From Acaryochloridaceae cyanobacterium VAR_48_metabat_390 (GTDB lineage: Bacteria > Cyanobacteriota > Cyanobacteriia > Thermosynechococcales > Thermosynechococcaceae), in assembly GCA_031422435.1 (NCBI GenBank), contig JANPLU010000115.1, positions 1 through 59,454 on the forward strand: 59,454 nucleotides of DNA. Direction: 5' to 3'. Under the pieces are notes generated by a model. It saw only the letters and a list, made by a program, of their open reading frames with translations. It had not been told where the DNA came from and searched no databases. The position numbers and the translations under genes are program-made. Below are positions 10,241 to 19,976 of the stretch, one piece after another. Position 1 is the first letter of the stretch; every line of letters begins with the position of its first letter.

Positions 10241-10780
10241 ATGTTTTATCATCGCGGACTGACACAGCAAGGCTTTACCTTAGCGGAAACGCTGGTGACG
10301 ATTGTGATTTTAGGGGTACTGACGGCGATCGCCGCCCCAACCATTCGATTTGGCAACCTTCCGCTCAAAGACACCAGCGCCAATATTGCCGGAAACTTTA
10401 AGCTGTTACGGGCGAAGGCCATTTCGCAAACCTCGGCCTATCGAATGCGACCTATTACTACTGCAAATGGCATCAGTCTTGCCGTAGAGGTTGCAGAATC
10501 CTGCGCCAGCAAAAACTGGAAGCCCGATCCAGGATTTACGTTAGGAGACACGGCTTTAGATACGGCTGCGACGCCCCCTGCCAATCGTAAAAATGTTGAA
10601 ATCAGCGCCGTGTTAGTGAATAGCGTTGTGCGGTCGCCCATAACCAACTGGGACATTTGCTATGACAGTCGTGGACGAGCCAATCAGACACTAGATCTAA
10701 GCCTCAAGGACAATCAAAATCTGCAATATAGAATTACGGTGTTTCGGGGAGGTGGGGTTGATGTTAAGGCAATCCCCTAG
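10241..10780 (+). CDS. type IV minor pilin, FimT/GspH-like
   Basis: Prepilin motif QQG/FTLAE followed by a hydrophobic helix. Confidence 0.85.
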   Translation: MFYHRGLTQQGFTLAETLVTIVILGVLTAIAAPTIRFGNLPLKDTSANIAGNFKLLRAKAISQTSAYRMRPITTANGISLAVEVAESCASKNWKPDPGFTLGDTALDTAATPPANRKNVEISAVLVNSVVRSPITNWDICYDSRGRANQTLDLSLKDNQNLQYRITVFRGGGVDVKAIP

Positions 10781-11249
10781 TTTTTTAAATTCATATAGAT
10801 TACAGGCGTATAAGGCGCAGGCATCTGAAGGCATTACGTTAGTAGAAACCTTAGTGTCTCTACTCATTTTTCTGGCGGTAGTCGCTGGCGTGGTGCCCAT
10901 TTACACCACCTATCGGCTTCAGACCCTCAGAAATCCGGTGCGAACGGGGGCGATCGCCGTATCCCAGCAGATTATGGACGAACTGCGTCAGCAGCCCATT
11001 AATACCCTGCCCAGCAACGGCGTGAGTGATGTAACGTCTCCTGGGGGTACTGCGTTAACCAATAAAAGTTCTTACAACAAAAAATTTAACGCTAAAATCT
11101 TTTTCTGCGAAGCGACTAAAACTCAGTTCTGCGACCCTAATTCTCGGTACATTCGGGTGGCGGTTTTTCAGGCATTTGACAACGGAACGGTCAGTGATAC
11201 GCCCGTCTACGAAGTCTCAACTATTTATACAAAGTTTGAGGTCAACTAA
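10752..11249 (+). CDS. type IV minor pilin, PilV-like
   Basis: EG/ITLVE prepilin motif; AIAVSQQIMDELR; start uncertain. Confidence 0.85.
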   Translation: MGLMLRQSPSFLNSYRLQAYKAQASEGITLVETLVSLLIFLAVVAGVVPIYTTYRLQTLRNPVRTGAIAVSQQIMDELRQQPINTLPSNGVSDVTSPGGTALTNKSSYNKKFNAKIFFCEATKTQFCDPNSRYIRVAVFQAFDNGTVSDTPVYEVSTIYTKFEVN

Positions 11250-11272
11250 GAATTTTGAGAACTTTGGTGAGC

Positions 11273-12352
11273 ATGGCGCGGCCTAACCTTTGTTTGAGAT
11301 CTCAGCAGGGCCTGACATTACTAGAGCTACTGGTCACGGCCGTAATTTCTTCAATTATTTTGGGGGTGTCGTTGGGCTTAATTGTGACCCAGCGACGGCA
11401 GTATATCAATCAGCAGGCCACCACAGATGTAGACCAAACTATCCAGTCTTCAATGGATCTGATTGGGGCTGATGTGCGTCAAACGGGCGAAAAAGTAGGT
11501 CTGGGGTTGGGGCTACCCATCATTCGCATTATCAATGGCTCCGGTACAGCCCCCGATACGCTTGTGCTTCAGCGTAAGTTATTGACACAGGATTTGACAG
11601 TTTGCGCTCAGGTCGGTCCCAGCTCAACCAGTATTCGGGTGGTGGATAAGGATAAGGCAGCATCGCAGGTGGGCTGTCGGTTTACGGATGGTCCACCTGC
11701 GAAGGGGTTGCCCGACAACGTTGAAGAATGGAAAGCCTATCGCTGCCAACTCAGTGCGACCAAAACAGCCTGTGCTTTGCCTCCTGGAGACTGTAAACAA
11801 ACGACTCCAGCCAGTTTAAATGATGAGTGCAGTTGGGCCTATATTCATAGTCCCATAACAGGGAAGGGAGAGTTTTTTCTTTACTCTGGGGAAGCACAAG
11901 TGGGAGCTGCTGTGGATGAGACCTACCGCCTTAACACGTCACCTTCTACACCAATAGGAAGCACTACAGGCTGGACTTATCCAGAAGGCTCTAAGCTTTA
12001 CATTCTTGAAGAGCGTCGGTACGCCTTAGGAGCACCGGATGCAAGGGGCGATCGCATTCTTGAACTGAGCCTAGTTGATCGCGACACCAACACTACTTTC
12101 AACAATGCACCGCTTCAAATTGTGAATCGTCTTCGGGACTTTCAGGTCAAGGGCATCGACGCAACAGGGGCAGAAATTGATGCGTTTAACGTCAACAATC
12201 CCCCCACATTTCCCTACGGAGACTGGACAGCCCTAAAAGCCATCAAGATTAGTTTTTCGGCTGAAAATATTGGGCCAGATGCCAAGCCCGTAATTCAAAC
12301 CCTTACCTCTCAGTTTTTTCCTCGCAATAGTTTATCTAGACCTGCCCCATGA
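11273..12352 (+). CDS. type IV minor pilin, PilW-like
   Basis: QQG/LTLLE; DVRQTG; C-terminal FFPRN; ATG at 11273 preferred over TTG at 11255. Confidence 0.85.
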   Translation: MARPNLCLRSQQGLTLLELLVTAVISSIILGVSLGLIVTQRRQYINQQATTDVDQTIQSSMDLIGADVRQTGEKVGLGLGLPIIRIINGSGTAPDTLVLQRKLLTQDLTVCAQVGPSSTSIRVVDKDKAASQVGCRFTDGPPAKGLPDNVEEWKAYRCQLSATKTACALPPGDCKQTTPASLNDECSWAYIHSPITGKGEFFLYSGEAQVGAAVDETYRLNTSPSTPIGSTTGWTYPEGSKLYILEERRYALGAPDARGDRILELSLVDRDTNTTFNNAPLQIVNRLRDFQVKGIDATGAEIDAFNVNNPPTFPYGDWTALKAIKISFSAENIGPDAKPVIQTLTSQFFPRNSLSRPAP

Positions 12353-14607
12353 AGTTTCAGTGTAAATCTCCCCAGTCCTTTTTGCTGCTGATGCTAGTTC
12401 GCCTTCGGCATGAGCGCGATCAACATGAGTATGAGCGCCAGGGGGGCTACACCCTGGTGATTACCCTTGCCGTTCTGCTGATTTTGTCGGTGCTATTGCT
12501 GACCTACGCCATTACCAGCAAAGTAGATAACGCCAGCACTAACGCTTCGGCGAAGGGAAATACGGGATTTTATGCGGCAGAAGCTGGTCTAAATCTGCGC
12601 GCCAAAGCAGTTTATGATCGCTTTGCCGGATACAACCGTCCTTCTGGCACCTCCCCAGGCCACTGGAAGGACTGCCTTGATCTCGCTGGCAATAAAGGAA
12701 CAGGAGACTTTCAATGTCAGACCAACACAGACATTAGCACTCAGCCTGTCACCACCTACGTAGAAGATGAGACGGGTTCTGTGCCCAAAACCGTTGTGAT
12801 CCCAGATGGAGAAAATAACGAAGGGCTAACGGCGCAAGAGTATCGGTATAACGTCATCTCGATCGCCCAAGATAGCCAAAGCAAACCGTCTGCGATCGTC
12901 GGGCTTAAGTTTAAGAGCCGCCTGATTCCGCTGTTTCAGTTTGCGGCGTTCTCCGACCAGGATATGGATATTAACCTTCCACCTGTCATGACGCTAATTG
13001 GCCCCGTTCATAGCAACAACGATTTGTATCTAAATGCATCTGGAACGCTGCGGATTAAGGGGCAATTAACAACTGCAAATAAGCTTTATCGAGGGCTAAA
13101 GTATAAAAATGAATGTTCCGGCGATGTCAAAGTTGATGATGCTACGCCTGCCCCTCGTAACGTTGCTTGTGCGGGCGGGCGGACTGAATTTAAGGCGATA
13201 GCCCCTTGGAATGGCAAAATTCGCGTTGGAGTACGGAAATTAACGCCACCCCCTCCTGGTGACTTTGATGCAACCCCTGGCAGACTCTATTGGGATAGCG
13301 CTGATTTGCGGCTTGTATTAGATTTAACTAGCCCTACCGCCCCAGCTCTTCAGATTAGAAGTGCAGGAGATAGCATACTCTCTTCAGAAACTACTGATCT
13401 CCTCAATAGTAATGCTTGCGCCCCATCCCAAACACTAACCACCAGCGCCACAACCAATACCTTAACCGTAACCCCAGGAACAGCGGGAAGCTTTGCCATA
13501 GGTGATGTTTTAACGGTGGGGACTGACCCCCATTTATACTTTGTCCAGTCCGTTTCTGGCGACGTAATTACGATTAAAGGATCTCTCAACCCAAATTTTT
13601 CCACCGTAGCGGCAGGGACTGTTGTACGAAAGCCAATTGTTTCTTTTTCAGATAAAACCTTTAAAAACTATCGAGAAAAGAGAGGTTCTTTAGGCCCAGA
13701 TAAATTCCTGCCCATCCAGATGCTGAACGTTGATATGCGTGGGTTGCTGGGGTGTGCTAAAAATCTCATGGGTAAACCCTTAAATGAAGATTCAGAGGGC
13801 GGGTTAGTTTGGTTTTTTACCGTAAAAGGCCCTAACTCTTTAAGTATTAATGACTATGGCATTCGGGTATATAACGGGCAAAATTTGGTAACGCCCATCA
13901 ATGGAGAAACACCAAAAGGGCTTTCCATTATTTCAGATCAGGCAGTTTATATGCGCGGAAACTATAACTGCAATGCTGTTTGTAATGCTCCCGACTTTGA
14001 ATTGACCGCAAACACGGGTCAAAGAATCCCCGCTGCTGTAATGGCAGATTCGATTAATGTGCTGTCTACTGCGTGGCCTTTAAATGACCTAACCTCAATC
14101 AATCTTGAAGCTCGAGAACCCCTTGAAACCACTATCAATGCGGCCTTTCTGGCAGGGATTGATATTACAGGCGGCATTAATCAGGGGGGGCAAGATAAAG
14201 ATGACGGCACAGGTGGTGGATTGAATAATTACCCCCGTTTTCATGAATATTGGGAAGGGATTAAGTTTAACTATCTTGGCTCACTGGTTAGCCTATCCCC
14301 CCCTCTGCGGGTTAATGGCCCTTTCTGCGGTAGCGGCGGTCTTAATAAGAAGGGCATTCTTATGACGAATGGTACTGACGAGCGCTGCAACATCTACTAT
14401 CCGCCTACCCGTAACTGGAGCTACGATACGCAGTTCAACAATGCAGCCAACCTGCCACCCCTCACGCCCCGAGTGGTTTCCCTGAAGCAAGAGCTGTTTT
14501 CTCGCAATTTTGATCAGGCATCAATACCGTCATTTGCACCGTGGGCAATGCTGTCGCCCCAACGTCTCTTTAGCCTGTTGGGCGCTTTTGTACAGTCACA
14601 TTCCTAA
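12349..14607 (+). CDS. large PilX N-terminal domain pilus assembly/tip protein
   Basis: GG/YTLVI without Glu5, FYAAEAGL, GPVHSNNDL; ATGA overlap with the PilW-like gene. Confidence 0.85.
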   Translation: MKFQCKSPQSFLLLMLVRLRHERDQHEYERQGGYTLVITLAVLLILSVLLLTYAITSKVDNASTNASAKGNTGFYAAEAGLNLRAKAVYDRFAGYNRPSGTSPGHWKDCLDLAGNKGTGDFQCQTNTDISTQPVTTYVEDETGSVPKTVVIPDGENNEGLTAQEYRYNVISIAQDSQSKPSAIVGLKFKSRLIPLFQFAAFSDQDMDINLPPVMTLIGPVHSNNDLYLNASGTLRIKGQLTTANKLYRGLKYKNECSGDVKVDDATPAPRNVACAGGRTEFKAIAPWNGKIRVGVRKLTPPPPGDFDATPGRLYWDSADLRLVLDLTSPTAPALQIRSAGDSILSSETTDLLNSNACAPSQTLTTSATTNTLTVTPGTAGSFAIGDVLTVGTDPHLYFVQSVSGDVITIKGSLNPNFSTVAAGTVVRKPIVSFSDKTFKNYREKRGSLGPDKFLPIQMLNVDMRGLLGCAKNLMGKPLNEDSEGGLVWFFTVKGPNSLSINDYGIRVYNGQNLVTPINGETPKGLSIISDQAVYMRGNYNCNAVCNAPDFELTANTGQRIPAAVMADSINVLSTAWPLNDLTSINLEAREPLETTINAAFLAGIDITGGINQGGQDKDDGTGGGLNNYPRFHEYWEGIKFNYLGSLVSLSPPLRVNGPFCGSGGLNKKGILMTNGTDERCNIYYPPTRNWSYDTQFNNAANLPPLTPRVVSLKQELFSRNFDQASIPSFAPWAMLSPQRLFSLLGAFVQSHS

Positions 14608-15024
14608 GGGCAGTACGCAAGCACCATACAGGTTTGGTCGCCAAGTTTCGCAAAACGCTAAAGCACTTGTCAGGCAAAACAGCTTAGGGATATCTATCCA
14701 AACCCTTAGCCAATTCGCATTTGCGCCACTAAAGGGCGATTGTATGAGAGTATTCAAAAGCATTCATGCACCCAGTTTGTCAGAGAATCGCTATATGCAC
14801 AAACCAAGGCTCAATGATCAATTCCTCTACTAATTTGGGTATTATCCCTACAGGATTGACTGTTCTGTTGATTTCAAATTCAAACGAGATCTTTTAAGAT
14901 TTTCTTTCGCTTGAAAGAAAATAAAGCGTCTTTCAAAAAGGTGCTGGGTACTGCAACGCAGTCTTGCAGCGCTAAGGTTGGCTTCAGTTTGCTCTAGAAC
15001 ATCCAGTGAACAGCGGTTAAGTCT

Positions 15025-16125
15025 GTGGTTACTTCACTCAACTTTTTCTCTAAACCTAATCAGCGCTTGGGGGTGGAACTCACCCCCGAACGCGTTAATA
15101 TTGTGCAGCTTGAACAGAGCAAAAAAGGGATTAAAGTTGACGCTTTTATCTCCCTCCCTCTGCCCGATGGCGCATATCAAGATGGACGGATTGTAGACCC
15201 CGATGCGATCGCAGACGTGATTCGTCAGGGTCTTGAGGACAAAAAAATCAAGGCCCGTAAAGCCATCAGCGCCATCCCCGTTGGAGAAGCCGTCATTCGA
15301 CTCATTCGGCTCCCTGCCGAACTCGACGACTTTGAACTGCGAGACATGGTGCTTAACCAAGAAGCGGCGCTCTACCTGCCGTTTGCGCGGGAGGAGGCGG
15401 ATGTTGACTTTCAAAAGTTAGACACCCAAATTGACGAAGACGGCATTGAGCGAGTTGAAGTTCTCTTGGTGGCAACCCCCAAAGAAATTACAGATACCTA
15501 CCTCAACGTCTTTGAACAGGCGGGTTTACAGCTCAAAGTTTTAGAAGTTAGCAGCTTTGCACTCCTTCGTACCCTTCGCAGTCAGCTTTTGCAGTTTGCC
15601 ACAGGCGAAGCGGTCGCCTTGGTCAACATCGACTGTGACGGCTCAGAAATTAGCATTGTTCTAGACGGCGTGCCGCAGTTCAATCGCAAAATTCCCATCG
15701 GCACCTTTCAACTGCAAAGCGCCCTCAGCCGCGCCATGAATCTACCTAGCTCAATGGGAGCCGACCTGCTGCAGGGCATGAGCGTTCCGCTTAGCGTAAG
15801 CGCCACCGAAACAATGGCTGGAGATTCCGCCAACCCTAGTGCCGCCGCCATTTTACGGATGCTCGGCGACCTGTCTGACGAACTGCGACGCTCTATTGAT
15901 TTTTATCTCAACCAGGGTGAAAACCTTGAAATTAGCCAAGTCTTTTTATCTGGCGTTGGGGCAGGCATTGGTCAAATTGATGAATTTCTCTCAATGCGGC
16001 TAGGCTACCCATCTACTTTAATAGACCCCATTGAAAGCCTTAGCCTTCAGGGGTTTTCGGACATTCCTGCGGCACAGCGTCCGGCCTTAGGAATTGTGAT
16101 GGGTCTAGGATTACGGGAGATTTAG
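15025..16125 (+). CDS. pilM: type IV pilus assembly protein PilM
   Basis: GVELTPERVN, EAALYLPF, DELRRSIDFY, GLGLRE. Confidence 0.95.
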   Translation: MVTSLNFFSKPNQRLGVELTPERVNIVQLEQSKKGIKVDAFISLPLPDGAYQDGRIVDPDAIADVIRQGLEDKKIKARKAISAIPVGEAVIRLIRLPAELDDFELRDMVLNQEAALYLPFAREEADVDFQKLDTQIDEDGIERVEVLLVATPKEITDTYLNVFEQAGLQLKVLEVSSFALLRTLRSQLLQFATGEAVALVNIDCDGSEISIVLDGVPQFNRKIPIGTFQLQSALSRAMNLPSSMGADLLQGMSVPLSVSATETMAGDSANPSAAAILRMLGDLSDELRRSIDFYLNQGENLEISQVFLSGVGAGIGQIDEFLSMRLGYPSTLIDPIESLSLQGFSDIPAAQRPALGIVMGLGLREI

Positions 16126-16128
16126 AAC

Positions 16129-16923
16129 ATGTATCAGATTGATATTAATCTTCTCAATGATCGACCCGAGCTTGGCACCGGGACGGTCTCACAGGGAACA
16201 TTTGTCGGCGGCAGTACCGAAAGTAAAGCCCCGTTATTTTTAGGCGGTGCTTTGGCAGGTGGCTTAGTGGGTCTTGTGCTGCTGCTATTGGGTGGGCTAA
16301 CGCTGTTCAACCAACAGTTATCTAGCCGAGACCAGACGCTACAATCAGACCTTGATAAATTAGCGCCTGAGCTAAAAAAGGTAGATGAGCTACAGACTAA
16401 AGAGAAGGTTATTTTAGCCGAAACTTCAGCCTTGGCAACTATTTTTAATCAAATTAAGCCTTGGTCGGCAACGCTGCAAGACTTGCGCGATCGCGTTCCA
16501 TCCACCTTACGCATTACCAGAATCGAGCAGTCTGCTCCACCCCCACCTCCAGCGGGACAGGCCACGCCTAGCCCAGCCCCTAGCCCCAGTCCAACGCCTA
16601 GCCCAGGCGCAGCCCCCGTTGCGCCACCACCTTCCAATGACCTCAAGCTTTCAGGCACGACCTTGGCCTTTAGCGACATCAACGACTTTGAGCTAACGTT
16701 GCGGAAGTCTCCTTTCTTAAAGGCAGACAAGACCCAGCTCATATCGTCCTTACGAGACCCTGTTGATGCCCAGACGGGTGTTGCATTGGTGAAGTACGAA
16801 ATGCAGACCCAGCTCAATGATGTGCCTGCCTCTGAATTACTACAGGTTCTAAATGCGAAAGGTGCTTCAGGATTAGTGTCTCGAATCGAGGTCCTCAAGC
16901 GACAAGGAGTAATGAAGCCATGA
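16129..16923 (+). CDS. pilN: type IV pilus assembly protein PilN
   Basis: IDINLL motif, TM helix, PWSA.LQDLR..VP; follows pilM. Confidence 0.9.
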   Translation: MYQIDINLLNDRPELGTGTVSQGTFVGGSTESKAPLFLGGALAGGLVGLVLLLLGGLTLFNQQLSSRDQTLQSDLDKLAPELKKVDELQTKEKVILAETSALATIFNQIKPWSATLQDLRDRVPSTLRITRIEQSAPPPPPAGQATPSPAPSPSPTPSPGAAPVAPPPSNDLKLSGTTLAFSDINDFELTLRKSPFLKADKTQLISSLRDPVDAQTGVALVKYEMQTQLNDVPASELLQVLNAKGASGLVSRIEVLKRQGVMKP

Positions 16924-17669
16924 CCATCTCAGATCGATACGGACCAGGCAACAGCGGTATTAATGCACCTGCTTACCCCACAGCGTTTGGCATTACCTTT
17001 ACTCCTACCGTTAGCGGCATTTTAATTGCTTTAGCGGGTGTTGGCCTTGCAGGATGGATGGCTTTTAATCTGATTGGACCAAAGCTCTCGGAAACCCAAG
17101 AGTTACAGGGCAAAATTGACCAGAAAGTGCAAAAGCTTGAGGATCAGCAAAAAACCGTTCGCGATATTCAAACAATTGTGGCGCGGGTAAATGCGGCAAT
17201 AGACAAAAATAAGCAGGTTCGGGGTCTATTTTCAACCCAGAAGGATCTAGAAACCCTGCTTTTAGACCTCAACCGGATTATTGTTGCCAGCAGAGCACAA
17301 CTGCAAAAATTTACGCCTGACTATGGATTAACGGGTACGGTTTCCGATAGTTCTGTAGGGGTTGAGCTAAACAATAAGATTAAGCGACGCGTCACAGACG
17401 TCGCCTTTGAGGGCACCTTTACCCAGACCCTCGAAATTATGCGAACCATTGATCGACTCCAGACGCTGCTGGTGCTGCGAGATTTCAAAATGGAGCTAAA
17501 GGCACCCGCAGGCACCCCAGGCAGTGCGCCAGATAACCTTGTGACCTGTAGTTTCAAGCTTTATGCCTATGTTCCACTGACCACAGAAGAACTAGCGGCG
17601 CTCGCCAAGCAAAATCCATCGGGCGGCACTGAGGCTAAGCCCACGGGTCAACCAGCGCCTCCCCAGTAA
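16920..17669 (+). CDS. pilO: type IV pilus assembly protein PilO
   Basis: FGITFTP, TLLLDLNR, FEGTF; lies between pilN and pilQ. Confidence 0.85.
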   Translation: MTISDRYGPGNSGINAPAYPTAFGITFTPTVSGILIALAGVGLAGWMAFNLIGPKLSETQELQGKIDQKVQKLEDQQKTVRDIQTIVARVNAAIDKNKQVRGLFSTQKDLETLLLDLNRIIVASRAQLQKFTPDYGLTGTVSDSSVGVELNNKIKRRVTDVAFEGTFTQTLEIMRTIDRLQTLLVLRDFKMELKAPAGTPGSAPDNLVTCSFKLYAYVPLTTEELAALAKQNPSGGTEAKPTGQPAPPQ

Positions 17670-17682
17670 CGGGGCGCTTTGT

Positions 17683-17724
17683 CGAGGAAATGGGTGATTT
17701 GCTCACCACATTTCCTCGCTTTTT
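17683..17724 (+). terminator. hairpin with T-tract between pilO and pilQ
   Basis: CGAGGAAATG-GGTGA-tttgc-TCACC-a-CATTTCCTCG then CTTTTT. Confidence 0.6.
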
Positions 17725-17766
17725 ATAGCTTTTAATCATGTGTATTGAAAACAACAGGAGTCAAGG

Positions 17767-19887
17767 GTGAACTGGGATCTTAAACGCTACGGATGTGCAA
17801 TCGGCTCTGCCGCTCTGATGGCAGCGGCAATGCATTCGCCTGCTCAAGCGGCACAAACAGAAATTATAGGGGTACAGCTCACTCCATCAGGGAAAGGCTT
17901 TGAACTAACGCTTCAAACCCAGGGCAATAATCGCCCCCCCGTCTTTACGGTCAACCGAGGCAATTCGTCGGTGGCAGATATTAGCAATGCCCAGTTGCGC
18001 TTACCAACTGGGCAATCTTTTACCCAAGCAAGGCCAGCACCCGGCATTGAAGCCATTGAAATGCGTCAGCTTGATGATAATACCGTACGCATTACAGTAA
18101 AGGGCATTCAAGCTGCTCCTATCAGCGACACCATTCGTCGAGATGAGCGCCAAGGCTTATTGGTCATGCGGTTCAATGCTGCCAGTGCTTTAGATAGTTC
18201 TGGATCAGCTTCTAATGCAGCCCCTAGCGTGGGTCAATCGCCCAATTCTGCCCCAGTGTTTAGATCTCGTGCCATTGCACCGCCTGTTGGTGATATTGCC
18301 GTTGGGTCTATTAATACTGAGGCGGACTCCATTGATTTGGGCGGCAGCGCTCAGGTCATTCCTAAGCTGCTGCTGCGAAATGCGCCTGTACGAGAAGTTT
18401 TAACGCTGCTAGGACGCTCTGCCAACGTTAACATTGCCTTTGCTGAAGGAGAAAGTGTTAGCGACCCTGCCGCTGCCGCTGGTGCAGGGAATTCAGGCTC
18501 TACTATTTCACTAGATATTGAAAACGAGTCGGTACAGGATGTCTTTAACTATGTCTTGCGGCTGTCTGGGATGCAGGCGAATAAAGTCGGCAACACGGTT
18601 TTTGTAGGTAAAGAGCTACCGGGCGATGCCCAAAACCGCGTGGTGCGAATCCTGCGATTGAACCAGCTACGGGCAACGAGTAAAGTAACCTTTAGCAATG
18701 CGTTGATTGGCACCTCTCAAGTGGGTGGCTCTATTAGTGGTGCATCCGGTAGCATTACCTCTAGCGGAGGGGATGCCTCAGCTTCAATCTCTGGGGGTTC
18801 CAGTGGTTCGGCCTCAGCTTCTACGCTAAGCCGCATCTCGAAGTTTTCTGAAGAGTATAAAGAGAAGGGTGCTAAGGAAATCTTAGAATCTTACGGTGCC
18901 AATAAAGGCGGCAGCGGTGGACAAGATCAAGAGGCGGCGGCTTCTGATTTGCTGAAGGGCTTACAGGTTGTTGCAGATGCACGGCTTAATTCAGTTACGC
19001 TGGTGGGCAGCCCTCGCAAGGTTTCGATGGCGACTAACATTCTTCAACAGCTTGATCTACGCAAGCGTCAGGTCGCCGTTAATGTCAAGATTGTGGATAT
19101 TAACTTGCTGAAGGGTAAAGACTTCAGGTCTAACCTATCATTCCTATTTCCTGGTAGTTCAAAGGTGGGCGCTAGTAGTGCGGGGGGTGTTCTTAGCCTT
19201 GTCTTTGGTCCTACAGGCATTAACCTTACCAATATTGCCAATAGCTTGATTGGTAGTCTTACGGCTAGCGTAAGTAATGAGAATGTTAAAGTTTTGAGCG
19301 ATCCCACGCTTGTTGTTCAGGAGGGTAGTTCAGCCCAAGTCAACCTAACAGAAGAAGTGTTTTCGGGTTTTGAGCAAACTTCTACCGAAAGTGCTTCGGG
19401 TTCTGGTGCCGCAACTGCTTCAACAACTGTGAAACCAATTATTCGACAAGCTGGCGTCATCTTTAACGTAGCAGTTGATCGCATAGACGATAATGGCTTT
19501 GTTTCTTTGAGCGTTTCACCCGAAGTTAGTAGACCTATAGATACGTACAACTTTGTTTTTCCAGGAACGACAGGGAATGGAAATGAACTGACAGGAACGC
19601 TGCTCAGTCAACGCCGATTGGAAACAGGGAAAATGCGTTTACGTGATGGTCAGACCTTAATTCTCAGTGGCATCATTCAGGAGAGTGATAGATCTACTGT
19701 GAAAAAAGTCCCTATCTTAGGGGATATCCCATTACTAGGAAGACTCTTCCGTAGTGACTCGAGCGAACGTACACGCCAAGAATTGGTGGTGTTAGTAACG
19801 CCTCGTGTGCTGGATGATTCTGACCAGTCAACGTCGAATTACCAATACTCTCCTAGCCCTGATGCACAGAAGCTTCTAGATAAATAG
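17767..19887 (+). CDS. pilQ: type IV pilus secretin PilQ (AMIN + secretin)
   Basis: Signal peptide, AMIN-like N-domain, RAIAPPVGDI, KVPILGDIPLLGRLFR...VTPRV. Confidence 0.95.
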   Translation: MNWDLKRYGCAIGSAALMAAAMHSPAQAAQTEIIGVQLTPSGKGFELTLQTQGNNRPPVFTVNRGNSSVADISNAQLRLPTGQSFTQARPAPGIEAIEMRQLDDNTVRITVKGIQAAPISDTIRRDERQGLLVMRFNAASALDSSGSASNAAPSVGQSPNSAPVFRSRAIAPPVGDIAVGSINTEADSIDLGGSAQVIPKLLLRNAPVREVLTLLGRSANVNIAFAEGESVSDPAAAAGAGNSGSTISLDIENESVQDVFNYVLRLSGMQANKVGNTVFVGKELPGDAQNRVVRILRLNQLRATSKVTFSNALIGTSQVGGSISGASGSITSSGGDASASISGGSSGSASASTLSRISKFSEEYKEKGAKEILESYGANKGGSGGQDQEAAASDLLKGLQVVADARLNSVTLVGSPRKVSMATNILQQLDLRKRQVAVNVKIVDINLLKGKDFRSNLSFLFPGSSKVGASSAGGVLSLVFGPTGINLTNIANSLIGSLTASVSNENVKVLSDPTLVVQEGSSAQVNLTEEVFSGFEQTSTESASGSGAATASTTVKPIIRQAGVIFNVAVDRIDDNGFVSLSVSPEVSRPIDTYNFVFPGTTGNGNELTGTLLSQRRLETGKMRLRDGQTLILSGIIQESDRSTVKKVPILGDIPLLGRLFRSDSSERTRQELVVLVTPRVLDDSDQSTSNYQYSPSPDAQKLLDK

Positions 19888-19896
19888 ACGCTATTT

Positions 19897-19936
19897 AAAA
19901 AAGGGATGCTGCGTCAATTGCAGCATCCCTTTTTTT
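19897..19936. terminator. bidirectional intrinsic terminator between pilQ and gatA
   Basis: A6-GGGATGCTGC-loop-GCAGCATCCC-T7. Confidence 0.9.
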
Positions 19937-19976
19937 ATTTATCCAGCAGGAAAAGGTAGATTTTATACAAATAACC

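Noticed and set aside
14510..14833. 107-aa ORF between the PilX-like gene and pilM
   Set aside because: TTG start, overlaps the PilX-like gene, no recognisable features; more likely promoter region
16530..16635. Short tandem repeats (CCTAGCCC) in pilN
   Set aside because: They encode an ordinary Pro/Ser-rich linker
16920..17767. Absence of pilP from the pilMNOQ operon
   Set aside because: Normal for cyanobacteria
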